From assembly GCA_052055015.1 (NCBI GenBank), contig JBQJIT010000046.1: a DNA stretch of 42,039 nt; one strand, given 5' to 3'. This DNA is from Malassezia furfur (lineage: Eukaryota). Shown here one piece after another: positions 1 to 10,101 of this stretch; within the stretch, counting starts at the first letter, position 1, and each line of letters begins with the position of its first letter. The notes beneath the pieces were generated by a model. That model saw only the letters and a list, made by a program, of their open reading frames with translations. It ran no database searches and was not told the origin of the DNA. The position numbers and the translations under genes are program-made.

Positions 1-29
1 ATAGGCTTTGTGGTACATCGGCTGTAAGT

Positions 30-1625
30 CTACATCTCGGTCCACCCGTCGCCCGACTGGCGCTCGCCCGTGATGAGCGTCAGGACGAACACGAGGAGGT
101 TGGCGGTGAAGCCCATGCCGAAGCCACGGAACAGGTTGCGCAGGCCGCCCACGGAGCTGTACCCGCGAGCCACGAGCGACTGCACGCTCAGGCCGTTCCG
201 CGCCGGGCGCAGCTGCGGGTCGATCGAGGTCTCCTCGGAGACGATCCGGTACATGCACTCCAGCACGCCCGTGTACGGCGCCGGGCGCGTCTCGACACAC
301 GTCCGCAGCCCCACACGCGCCGTATTGGCGCTGCGCACGCGCCCAAACCCGGCGGGGCGCGCGCTGTGCAGCGGCGGGTGGTACTGCAGCTGGAGGCGGC
401 GGCGCACCGTCTCGATCGGCAGCGTAATGCACAGCGACAGCGTCGAGATCAGTAGCTCACCGAGCGCGTACGACACCGGCACCGCACTCGGGTCGAGGTG
501 GAAGGTGTTCTCGAGCAACAGCGGCGCACCGAGCGTCATCACCGAGCGGAACAGGTAGTCTAGCACCGTGGGGACAAGCAGGAGCGGCGTAAAGTAGGTC
601 GTGCGCCAGCCGCCCTCCTCGCGGAAGATGGTGCGCAGCGCATCGAGCGGACCGGCGTACTTGCGGTGCGACGGCAGCGTCGACTGCGCCACCAGGCGCG
701 TGCGCACCAGGTCCAGCGGCGATACCACCGCACCCGTCACCACGTGCGACAGCGTAAGCAAGCCAAGCGTCGTGAACGGCTGCGGGGAGAAGGCAATCGG
801 CATGGCGTTCAGCGCGCCCGGAGCAAACAGCGACAAGAAGCCCGTGACAATCGACTGGATCGCATTCGTCGACACGTCCAGCACAAAGGTCGTCAGCGTG
901 CCCTTCCACAGGCCCATCCACCCTTCCTTGCTGCGCGCCACGGCCTTGATCATCTCCCACACGCCGCCCCGCGCGACGATCGGCATCACAAATTCGGGCC
1001 GCGCATCCTCGTCGTAGAGGCTATGGCGCACCACGTACCCGCTCCCATCCGTGCTGTGCGGCCGGCTCGCGCTGTCGCGGCGCTGCAGCGGCGGCGCTGA
1101 CACGTTGCGGAAGTAGCGCTCGGGGTCCGCATCGTCCTCTTCCTCTTCGGCCTCGCTCTTCTCCTGCCACGCGGAGCGACCGGACCACGGGTCCTCCGCA
1201 TCGACGTCATCAGAGGGCATGGGTGCCGCCTTGTTCTTCTGCGGCGCATTCATCCGGTCCCACGCCTGTTCGTTCGGCACCCACTGCACTTGCAGCAGCA
1301 GCTTGCCGACTTCGAACGGCATCGCCAGGAAATTGCTCGTGAACTGCAGCGCAGCACTCATCGCAATGCCTTTAGCGACGGCACCGGGCGACAGGCGCTC
1401 GACACCGCCCAACTCTGCGAGGTCCGCCTCCGACGTCATGTACCGATTCGTCGCCCCGGACGGCAGCGCCATCCTCGGCGGGCTGTTGGCACCACGCACG
1501 GGTGCCGACGCAGCCTCACCACCCGGCGGGCGCGCCGCGTTCAGCATAGGGGCAGTCGCAACGAACGACATTTCGTCGCGCGGCTGATAGTACGGCCGCA
1601 GCCGATGCGCATCCGCGGAGTCCAT
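30..1625 (-). CDS. UGO1: Mitochondrial outer-membrane fusion protein Ugo1 (mitochondrial carrier fold)
   Basis: Intronless ORF. The track starts at a TTG (1640); the first ATG is at 1625 (MDSADAHRLRPYY). It has carrier motifs PFEVGKLLLQVQ, PLDLVRTRL and PIETVRRRLQ, the Ugo1-typical LRPYY N-terminus and EGWMGLWKG. Confidence 0.85.
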   Translation of the reverse strand: MDSADAHRLRPYYQPRDEMSFVATAPMLNAARPPGGEAASAPVRGANSPPRMALPSGATNRYMTSEADLAELGGVERLSPGAVAKGIAMSAALQFTSNFLAMPFEVGKLLLQVQWVPNEQAWDRMNAPQKNKAAPMPSDDVDAEDPWSGRSAWQEKSEAEEEEDDADPERYFRNVSAPPLQRRDSASRPHSTDGSGYVVRHSLYDEDARPEFVMPIVARGGVWEMIKAVARSKEGWMGLWKGTLTTFVLDVSTNAIQSIVTGFLSLFAPGALNAMPIAFSPQPFTTLGLLTLSHVVTGAVVSPLDLVRTRLVAQSTLPSHRKYAGPLDALRTIFREEGGWRTTYFTPLLLVPTVLDYLFRSVMTLGAPLLLENTFHLDPSAVPVSYALGELLISTLSLCITLPIETVRRRLQLQYHPPLHSARPAGFGRVRSANTARVGLRTCVETRPAPYTGVLECMYRIVSEETSIDPQLRPARNGLSVQSLVARGYSSVGGLRNLFRGFGMGFTANLLVFVLTLITGERQSGDGWTEM

Positions 1626-1828
1626 CGCCTTGGGAGACAAGAGACACGGCGCGCTCGTCTATGGGCCTAATAGGGTATATGGGTGTTGGCGGCACAAGGC
1701 CCACGTCACGGCCGCCGCATGCCAGCGTGTACAGCCAAAGGTGCGCGAAAAGGCGCGGAGGAAGGCGCGGAGATGCACATTGCAGCAGCATGCAAGATGC
1801 GTTTCTCCCACATAGGCCAGCAGACAGT

Positions 1829-2026
1829 TCACCGCCGACGGAACACGTCACCCTCCGAGGAATCGGCACGCCCGGCGGCCGGCACGTTTGGCGTGTGCGT
1901 GCTCTGTGTGCGCGCATCGTGGTTGGATTTCATAGCACATTTCGCCTTGCTTTCTTCCATATCCCGGCGCATGTCTTCCACATCTTGCTTGGTGAGCCCC
2001 AGCGCGGTGGGCGGGCGGCGGATCAT
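1829..2026 (-). CDS. CDC26: Anaphase-promoting complex subunit Cdc26/Apc12/Hcn1-like small protein (65 aa)
   Basis: Internal ATG at 2026 of track ORF 1829..2176 gives MIRRPPTALGLTKQDVEDMRRD. This fits the Cdc26-family N-terminal motif MLRRxPTxLxLxxxDI/V, followed by a low-complexity tail. It fills an otherwise oversized intergenic gap. Confidence 0.75.
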   Translation of the reverse strand: MIRRPPTALGLTKQDVEDMRRDMEESKAKCAMKSNHDARTQSTHTPNVPAAGRADSSEGDVFRRR

Positions 2027-2088
2027 GGTCGGGGGCCCCGACGCGTACGTCACGTGGAGGAGAAATTTTGTGCTCATTCTCAACCAGC

Positions 2089-4797
2089 ATGGCCCGAGGC
2101 AGAGGCAAGCACCGTGGACGTGGCCGTGGCGGACGCCAGGGCGGCGGCCGCAGCGAGGGCGAGCGCCACGGCGCATATTCGATCATCGACCAAAAGAACC
2201 CCAAGTTTGAGGCGTACTACCTCGGCCAGGAGATTCTGCCGCGCGAAGAATGGGACGCCTTCCTGGAGGCGATGCGCACAGCGCTTCCCACCACCTTCCG
2301 CATCACGTCGGGCAAGCCAACCTCGCGTCAGCTGCTGGATGCGATGCATGACATCTACCTGCCATTCCTGAGCAACGTCGAGTTCGAGGGCGAGAAAGTC
2401 GCCCCGCCGCGCCAGCTGGAATGGTACCCCGAGGGCCTTGGCTGGCACCTGGACGTGCGCAAGAACGTGCTGCGCAAGTCGCCCGAGTTCAAGCGGTTCC
2501 AGCAGTTCCTCGTACACGAGACGGACGTTGGCTCCATTTCGCGCCAGGAGGCCGTGTCGATGCTTCCTCCGCTCTTCTTGGACGTGCGCCCGGAGCACTT
2601 GGTGCTCGACATGTGCGCGGCCCCGGGCTCCAAGACGGCACAGCTGATCGAAGCGATCCATTCCCCAGTGACGTCCAAGCCGGACGCATTTGACCCGCTG
2701 CCCCTGGGTGTGGTGGTGGCCAACGACTCGGACACGAAGCGGGCGCACATGCTTGTCCACCAGGCTCAACGCCTCCCGTCGCCCAACCTGTGTGTGACCA
2801 ACGTGGACGCGAGCAGCTACCCCAACGTGAACGTCGCGTGGAAGGGCCCGAATGCATCCGACAAGGTGGTCCAGCGGGAGCTCAAGTACGACCGAATTCT
2901 CGCTGATGTGCCGTGCTCGGGCGATGGTACGCTCCGCAAGAACATTGCGATCTGGAAGGACTGGACCACCGGGAATGGTGTTGGTCTCCACGCGCTGCAG
3001 ACGCGTATCCTGATCCGTGGCCTGCAGCTCCTGCGCCCCGGCGGCCGCCTGGTGTACTCAACTTGTTCGCTGAACCCGGTCGAGAACGAGGCGGTGGTGG
3101 GCGCCGCACTGCGTCACTTCAAGGGCGACGTCGAGCTCGTCGACTGCTCCGATCTGCTCCCTGCACTCAAGCGCCGGGCCGGTATGACTTCGTGGAAGGT
3201 CGCCCCTGGTCGCGGCGCGCACCTGTTCCCTAAGCAAGAGGATGGGACGTCGCCCGCCGAGGAGAAGCCCGCCGAGGAGAAGCCTGCGGACGACAGTGCA
3301 CAGAACGAGGCGGCCAACGCTGCGCCCGCCGATGCACAGTCCGATGCTGCGCCCCCCAAACTGCCGCGCATCCCGTGGGTCGAGTCGTGGGACGTACTGC
3401 AGACGCTTGATGCGGACTTGGCTGCCCGCCTGCCGCGCAGTCTGTGGCCGCAGGGCGACGAAGCGGCGCTGCAGCTGGAACGCTGTGTGCGTGTGTATCC
3501 CCACATGCAGAACACGGGCGGGTTCTTTGTGGCATGCCTCGTCAAGAAGGAGACCACCCCCGAAGACTCGGAGTCGCTTGCAGAGGGCATGGTCCGGGCC
3601 ATGCAGGCACTGGACGAGGAGCGCAGCACGGCGAGTGTCGTGGCCGAGGCCACCACCGAGGCCAGTGCGAAGCGCAGTATCGAAGAGCCGAACACGGGTG
3701 CTGCCGAAGAGCCGGCCGCAAAGCGTGCGCGCGCAGAGAGTCCAGAGGCGACGAACGCCGCTACTGAGATGTCACAGGCAACTGACGAGACACCTGCGGC
3801 CAACGAGGCCGCGCTGCCTGCTGCGGACAAGCACGAGGAGGACCGCAAGACGGCACAGAAGAAGCGCACGCAGCCGGAAGGCGTGGCGATCGGCCCTGGC
3901 GGAATGCCGTACCGCGAAGATCCGTTTGCCTACGTCAACCCCCAGAATGCTGAGGTGCAGTCGTGCGTGGAGTGGTTTGGCCTGCACGACTTCCCCGTGG
4001 GCAACCTGCTTGTGCGCAACGCGGAGCAAGTGCCGCTGCGTAGCATCTACCTCACCTCGAGCTCGGTGCGTGCCATTGTGGCCGGTGGTGGTGTAGGTGT
4101 GGGTGTGCACCCCACGATGAACCCAATCCGCTTGCGTCTGCTCAACTGCGGCGTCAAGGTCTTTGGACGTCAGGAGTCGGTAAGCAAGGCGAACCAGGCA
4201 GCACTGCAGGCGGGCAACGCTGAAGCAGATGCGCGTCGTGAGAGCTTGTCGACGTCGCTGACGTGCCGCTGGCGCGTCGTGTCCGACTCGCTGCATTCCA
4301 TGCGCCCCTTCCTGAGCGACAAGGTGGTGATCCGTGCGTCGCTGTCGGACCTGGCCTTCTTTATCAAGAACTATTACCCTGTGCTTGATAGCGTCCCTGG
4401 CGAGGTCGGTGCGCGTGTGCGCGAGTCGGCGATGGGAAGCTACGTGTTGGATATCGAGCCCAGCGAATACGAAAATCACAAGCTCACGGTGCCGCTGAGC
4501 TACCCGATTTGGCGCTCGATCGCGTCTGTGAACCTGATGCTTGACAAGCAGGAGAAGAGCGCCCTGTCGTTCCGTCTGTTTGATACCGATCTTTCTGACC
4601 CTGAGGGACAGCGGCAATTCTCGGCGAACCCGCGAAACCGCAACAACAAGAAGAATGCGGCAGAGCAGGCGGCTGGGGACAGTGCCGTGCTCAATGCTGA
4701 GGGCGCTGAGACGACCACGGAGCCCACCGAGCCCACCGAGGCAGTCGAGGCGGCTGAACCCACCGAGTCGGCAACGGAGCCCGCGGAAGAGCCATAA
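2089..4797 (+). CDS. NCL1: tRNA cytosine-C5 methyltransferase Ncl1/Trm4 (NSUN2 family)
   Basis: Intronless; ATG at 2089 (MARGRGKHRGRG). Motifs RQEAVSMLPP, VLDMCAAPGSKT, DRILADVPCSGDGT and LVYSTCSLNPVENEAVV contain both catalytic Cys. Confidence 0.95.
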   Translation: MARGRGKHRGRGRGGRQGGGRSEGERHGAYSIIDQKNPKFEAYYLGQEILPREEWDAFLEAMRTALPTTFRITSGKPTSRQLLDAMHDIYLPFLSNVEFEGEKVAPPRQLEWYPEGLGWHLDVRKNVLRKSPEFKRFQQFLVHETDVGSISRQEAVSMLPPLFLDVRPEHLVLDMCAAPGSKTAQLIEAIHSPVTSKPDAFDPLPLGVVVANDSDTKRAHMLVHQAQRLPSPNLCVTNVDASSYPNVNVAWKGPNASDKVVQRELKYDRILADVPCSGDGTLRKNIAIWKDWTTGNGVGLHALQTRILIRGLQLLRPGGRLVYSTCSLNPVENEAVVGAALRHFKGDVELVDCSDLLPALKRRAGMTSWKVAPGRGAHLFPKQEDGTSPAEEKPAEEKPADDSAQNEAANAAPADAQSDAAPPKLPRIPWVESWDVLQTLDADLAARLPRSLWPQGDEAALQLERCVRVYPHMQNTGGFFVACLVKKETTPEDSESLAEGMVRAMQALDEERSTASVVAEATTEASAKRSIEEPNTGAAEEPAAKRARAESPEATNAATEMSQATDETPAANEAALPAADKHEEDRKTAQKKRTQPEGVAIGPGGMPYREDPFAYVNPQNAEVQSCVEWFGLHDFPVGNLLVRNAEQVPLRSIYLTSSSVRAIVAGGGVGVGVHPTMNPIRLRLLNCGVKVFGRQESVSKANQAALQAGNAEADARRESLSTSLTCRWRVVSDSLHSMRPFLSDKVVIRASLSDLAFFIKNYYPVLDSVPGEVGARVRESAMGSYVLDIEPSEYENHKLTVPLSYPIWRSIASVNLMLDKQEKSALSFRLFDTDLSDPEGQRQFSANPRNRNNKKNAAEQAAGDSAVLNAEGAETTTEPTEPTEAVEAAEPTESATEPAEEP

Positions 4798-4908
4798 CTT
4801 TTATGATAGTCGTACTATGCATATCCTACTCCCATATCGACCTCAACGCTGGGTGGATCGGCTGAGCCGTCAAGAAAGCGGAGAAACCCATCCTAGATGG
4901 ACAAAAGC

Positions 4909-4913
4909 AAAAA
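4909..4913 (-). terminator. RNA polymerase III terminator (T5) of tRNA-Gly
   Basis: AAAAA on the plus strand is TTTTT on the minus strand, 2 nt downstream of the tRNA discriminator base. Confidence 0.7.
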
Positions 4914-4915
4914 TA

Positions 4916-4997
4916 TGCGCCAAGGGGGAATCGAACCCCCGGCACAGCTACATCTTTGCGATGGCAAAGCTGTATTTTACCACTAAACCATTGGCGC
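4916..4997 (-). tRNA. tRNA-Gly(GCC) with an 11-nt intron (4951-4961)
   Basis: Minus strand reads GCGCCAA-TGGTTTAGTGGTAAAATA-CAGCT-TTGCCA-[TCGCAAAGATG]-T-AGCTG-TGCC-GGGGG-TTCGATT-CCCCC-TTGGCGC-A. Acceptor, anticodon and T stems all pair, the intron is at the canonical 37/38 site, and the mature length is 71 nt. Confidence 0.95.
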
Positions 4998-5223
4998 TTG
5001 TTGTTGAGGGCAGTGGGCCCCCGTCCCTCTATAACCAGCAGGGTGCACTATGATGAACAAAAAAAAATTAGAATCGTACAGACATGCCTATAGATCGGCG
5101 TCACGTTCTTTTGGTGAGCCAGTCCCATGCACGGCCAAACATGCGTGCAATGTTACCTGATGACGAGCTCGGTGTCAACCAGGTCCAACAACTTGCGACC
5201 GCCCGTACTCCGGGCGGTCCAAA

Positions 5224-6877
5224 TCAGGACGCACCAGTTTTGTCTTCCTTGTCCTTGGCGTCGGCCTTATCCTTCGACTTGTCCTCGGGCGCTGCGTCGG
5301 CACTCTTGTTTCCCTCTGCATCGGGTTGTGCCTTGGCCTGGGATGCCGCATCGCCTGCCGACTCATCCTGTGGACCCAGCTCACCGCCCCAAATCGGGCG
5401 GGCAGGTGCCTTTTTGGTGTCGGCAGGCTTTTCAGCGTCCTTGGCCTTGGTCGTCGTCTTCTTCTCCTGCATCTTGGCGCGCGACTGCCGCAGTGCTTCG
5501 GTCACGGGCCGCGCGCCTTCGACGTCATCCACAAATTCCTGTAGCAGCTCCTTTTGCCGCTTCGTGAGGGATCTAGGGTTAGTCATGCGGAAAAAGCGGT
5601 ACGTACCTGGGGATTGTGATGTCAAATTGCACCATCAAGTCGCCGTGCGACTCGTAGCTCTTGCGGTTCGTCAAGCGTGGCACACCGCGGCCACGGAGCA
5701 CCATCTCCTCACCCGGCTGCGTGCCCGATGGCACACGGACCTCGACGTCACCGTCCAGCGTAGGCACACGCACTTTGCCACCGAGCACCGCCGTGTAGAA
5801 GGGAATGTGCGCAGGGTAGAACAGGTTTGTACCCTGGCGACGCCAAATGTGGCTGGGTGCGACGTTGATGCGCACCACCAGCGAGCCAGCTTGCCCGTCA
5901 CCCATGAGCGGCGCATCGCCTGAGCCGTCCATCCGAATGCGGTAGCCATCGTCCACACCTGCAGGGATGTTCACCGTAACCGTACGCTTGACGCGAACGC
6001 GGCCGGCACCCGAGCAGGTACCGCACTCGTCACCCGGTGCAACCTTCGAGCCGGTGCCGTTGCAGGCCGGACAGCTGCTTGCCATCTGGAAGCCGCCCTG
6101 AATCACAAATGTCCGTGTGCCAGTGCCATGGCAGACCTCGCATGTCTTGCGCTTTGCCTCGGGCTTGAGGCCAGATCCGGAGCACGGAGTGCACCGCTCG
6201 ATGGGCGAGATTGTCACAGTACGAGTCGTGCCCTTGCACGCCTCGTCAAAGGTGATGTTGATCGACGTGTCAATGTCTTCGCCGCGCGTGTCTGCAGCAA
6301 AGCCGCCGCGCGCCGCACGGCCGCCGCCGAATGCGCCGCCGCCAAAGGCACCGCCAAAGAGTGACTCAAAGATAGACTCGGCACTGCCCGCCGCGTGGAA
6401 ACCGCCGAAGCCTGCGCCACCGAAGGGCGAGCCACCGCCGCCGCCAAACGGATTGAAGCCGGCAGAGCCATCGGTGGTGCCGAACTTGTCAAACGAAGAG
6501 CGCTTCTCTGGGTCGCTCAACAGGTCGTACGCGGCCTGGATCTCCACGAAGCGCTCCTTGGCGCCCGGCTCCTTGTTCGCGTCGGGGTGGTATTTTTTGG
6601 CGAGTTGGTAGTACGCATTCTTGATGTCCTTCGCAGACGCGTCTTTGCTAACGCCGAGTGTCCCATAGGGGTCCTTGGGCACGCTCTCCCGGCGGTTGCT
6701 GGTGCTGAACGAGCGCACGCCGGCAGCCAGCGCACCGTCGCGGCGCAGCGCATGGGTATGTTGGCGGCTCGCCTTGCGCGTGTGTGGCGTGCAAGAAGCT
6801 AGCGTGCAGAAATGCGCCGAACGAGTTGGGTGCCGAGCAGACGACCGGGAAAACGCACGGAGTCCCCCCATCGCCAT
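5224..6877 (-). CDS. MDJ1: Mitochondrial type I Hsp40/DnaJ Mdj1; one 34-nt intron (5573-5606)
   Basis: Arg/Ser-rich presequence (RSFSTS), J domain with HPD, G/F region and four CxxCxGxG repeats. Intron GTACGT...GACTAACCCTAG joins ...ITIPR to SLTKRQKELL. An upstream in-frame ATG at 6922 is an alternative start. Confidence 0.92.
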
Positions 6878-7001
6878 CTCAACACCTCCTTTCCTAGGTT
6901 GTCCAAGAACGGATCCAGTCATAAAAAGGAGAGACGCGCGTGCGGCCGTGCTGCGACGTTTATGTTCCGACCGAAATTCGGGTCGAGCTCGGCTTCCTAC
7001 A

Positions 7002-7014
7002 CTCCAGAAAATTC
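7002..7014. promoter_or_regulatory. Possible heat-shock element upstream of MDJ1
   Basis: CTCcaGAAaaTTC gives alternating nGAAn units, two perfect and one mismatched, about 125 bp upstream of an Hsp40 gene. Confidence 0.35.
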
Positions 7015-7069
7015 TTTCTATTGGCAAGCCAGCCCCCTTCCACGTGGTCGTGTGGAGGTCAGCTCGGCC

Positions 7070-7738
7070 TTACAATTGGGCCGGGGGGATCAGCTTGAGC
7101 GCGGCCAGGAAGGCCTGCGAGTACCTAGATGTCAGTCGCGGCAAGGCGGCGCACATACTGCAAGCATTGATCATACACGGTCTGGAATGCATGATCGCCG
7201 AGCTTCGGTTAGGAATGGCGCACGATACGTACATAGTAGGGATCGTAAATTGTCTTCTTGTCGTCGCTGGGTGAGTGTCAACTACGCACAATTCCGAAAA
7301 GAGCATCACCCTGTTGTCAGCAAGAGTCACGTACTGTGCCTTCGTCCCTTTCGGCTGAATACGCTTGAGGTTCTTGATGTTATTCGAGCTGCGGTCAGCC
7401 AATGAAGCCAGGACGTACTCCATGCCGAAAATGTAGTCAAACTTGTCAAAATCGCTCCGGTCAATGCTCCGTGCGAGCGAGTTGATTGGGACATTGTTCT
7501 TCCGGCAGATCTGCGTGGTGCTACATGAGTACCTCGACGCTTGGTAGCGTACGTACCGCAGATCGGGCTCCTCGCCGACGTGGTAATCGGCCGTACCGCA
7601 CGAATCAATCACACCAAACTTGTCCTGTACATTGTTCCGACGGACAGACTCGGCAAACACGGCCTCTGCCATGGGACTACGGCAGATGTTGCCCAGGCAG
7701 CAGAACAACACGTTGATCTTCTCGTCAGCTCCACCCAT
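7070..7738 (-). CDS. LTP1: Low-molecular-weight protein tyrosine phosphatase; 6 introns (7521-7556, 7389-7418, 7311-7334, 7267-7289, 7203-7232, 7125-7158)
   Basis: P-loop VLFCCLGNICRSPMAE, plus IDSCGT and DYIFGMD. Removing six GT-AG introns of 36, 30, 24, 23, 30 and 34 nt restores the IYDPYY catalytic loop and AFQTVYDQC. Confidence 0.93.
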   Translation of the reverse strand: MGGADEKINVLFCCLGNICRSPMAEAVFAESVRRNNVQDKFGVIDSCGTADYHVGEEPDLRYVRYQASRYSCSTTQICRKNNVPINSLARSIDRSDFDKFDYIFGMEYVLASLADRSSNNIKNLKRIQPKGTKAQYVTLADNRVMLFSELCVVDTHPATTRRQFTIPTMYVSCAIPNRSSAIMHSRPCMINACSMCAALPRLTSRYSQAFLAALKLIPPAQL

Positions 7739-7815
7739 CGTCGCGAATAGGCGGGGCGGCCCACCAGCATCGCTGACGTAAAATGGTCCATTTTTGTCCA
7801 GGGGATCTAGCGTAG

Positions 7816-9953
7816 CTACGGGGCCACGGCGCCAAGCGCCGCCAGCGCGTGGAGAAAGTCGGCTGGGTTGAGGATCTCGGTACTTCCGTAGGTGATCTGC
7901 TTCAGGCTGCTCGTCCCCGGAGCCACTCCACCGTTGGCCGCCGCCGAGCGAGCCACATACTCTTGCAGGTTGGCGTACTCGACATAGCCACCGCCGCCCA
8001 CCACAAACACAATGGCATGTGCAAACGGCTGCCGTGCTTTCGCTCCGCCAGCCGCCATGGCAGTCCCACGACCACGCGGCTGCCGGGGGTCAATGTAGAG
8101 GTACTCGTCCGTCTCCTGGAGCGCCTGCGCATTGCTCGCTGCCGGGTCCATGATAGATGCAACAAGACGCGTCACCGTAAAGTCCTTTTGAGCCGGCAAG
8201 AAGTTCTTCACGCCGGCCACCAGGTTCTCCAAGCGCGAGTCCTTCAACCGGTCAGTCAGGCGGCTGCCAAAGGAGCTGAAGCCGCGCAGTAGCTCACCAC
8301 CGCTGCTTTGTGCCGGCTGCGGCGCCGACGCAGCCAGGGAGAACTGTGTAAGCTGCCGAATCTTTTTAACATAATCCAACGCAGCAAGATCGGCGCCCTG
8401 CTCTTTGAGCACTGCCTCAAATTCCTCCATGTCCTTGTCGTTCAGTGCATGGTTGGGGAGCGACAGGTAGTAGATCAAAAACAGGCGCAGCTTATCTTCT
8501 GCGCCCTTCATCTCGGGGCTGCGCAGCGCTTCCATGATCGCCGTCTTGGACTGGCGCGTGATGGATTCCTCCAGTTGATACAGCTCGTCCAGCCCACGCG
8601 TCTTGACCCCTTGCAACAGCGCCGTTGCAATGTTCATGTGTGCGTCGATCGTCTGTTTCCGCGCCGTGAGCTTCGGCAGAGCTGTGACGGCAGCCTTGAG
8701 GTGCGACGCATTTGACGACGCATCCAGCTGGCCAACCTCATCCATGCTGCTGATACCGGTCGAGCGCATGATCTCATTCGCCTCGGTGCGGTAGTTGTTC
8801 AGCTCGGCATCAATGTCCTCAGCGACCTGAGGGAAGGGAAGCTCGGCGTTCTTCGCCCAAAAGTAGTCCCGCGCATCCAAGTCATAGGACCGCTTGGACG
8901 CCGTGGGCTTCTCGGGGTCCTGCACCGTCACACGGTTCAGCTTGGTGTCCAGCACATCTTGCACCAATGCCTGGTAGGTCCACGAGTGAGCGATCATCGG
9001 GACCAGGTCGACATTGCGGTCCAGTAATACCAAGACGGGCCGGTTGTTCATCCACGCCGCCGTGCCCGCATTGCTCGACGCAAACAACCCCGTCGCACCG
9101 CGCGAGCCTGCCGTCTGCTCGCGCAGCTTCGCCTCCAACTTCCGTGCGACCAGCTCGGCAGCACTGCCCCGCGGCGCACGGATGATCGGGACCGTCCCCA
9201 TCGTGGCCAGCATCGAAAGCAAACCGCCAGCGATCCGGTCCGTCTCTGCCTCGACTTGCTCCTGACCCAAGCCAGGGTGGTGGAGGCGCTCATAGGTCGT
9301 CGGAACGCGCTGCGGCGCCGACCCGCGCGGCGCCGGTGCCGCAGACCGCGGGAGCAGCTGGAACAGGTTGGGCTGCAGGACGATGAAGTTGAGGTATTGG
9401 TCATAGACCTGGCGCACTTGCGCACCATTGCCCGTGCGCGCGACCTGCTGTGCGAGTTCATCCAACAAAGGACGTGGCACAGCCGAAGTAAAGTTGATAT
9501 AGATAGACTCATACAAACGTGCACCAACATCTTTTGCGATCCGCGCAATGTTTTCGCTGGTTGGCGAGACGAAGTACACAGCAGGCACGTCGGGGAGCGG
9601 CGGCCGCTCGGAATGCAGCTGCCTACCGGTGAGATTTTGTGTACGTACAGATGAAGGGTCACACCATTCTCGCGCAGATCCTGTACCCGTAAGCTAGTGG
9701 ACAGGATATCCGTGCTCGTTGGATCCATGACGAGCACCTTCCACACGGGCGGTGCTTTGGGCACACTGGCCTTCGCATCGTCGTCGGCACCCGTTTTGTT
9801 GGCACCTAGGTGCGTGAAGTCGGGATCATTGAAGTTGAGCAGAGAAACAAGTGAGCGAATCTGTGCACCACGCAACAGTCCCAGTGCGTCCTTGGAATTG
9901 GCACCGACACCTGCCGATGCATTCCCTGCGCTGGCCCCACCTCCAGATGCCAT
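7816..9953 (-). CDS. SLY1: Sec1/Munc18-family ER-Golgi protein Sly1; one 26-nt intron (9623-9648)
   Basis: Exon 1 has PVWKVLVMD...[15 protein letters not shown]. Exon 2 has [45 protein letters not shown] and YGSTEILNP. Confidence 0.95.
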
Positions 9954-10101
9954 GATGCGCGTTGGGCTGATGGGAAGTACACGCGACGGGTCGTGCCACG
10001 TGCGCCGAGTGAATTTGGTCAGCAACCGGCTACCGGCTGGTGCGGGGTGCATGGGGCACATCAAAAATTTGGGTCTCGTGCCCGTACCTTTATCCAGAGC
10101 C

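Noticed and set aside
2089..4997. Functional clustering of tRNA m5C methyltransferase with tRNA-Gly
   Set aside because: Convergent Pol II and Pol III genes in a dense genome; adjacency is most likely coincidental.
5050..5160. Possible C/D snoRNA (ATGATGA at 5050, CTGA at 5157)
   Set aside because: No terminal stem and no rRNA/snRNA guide I could recognise. The region is equally explained as MDJ1 3' UTR and tRNA upstream flank.
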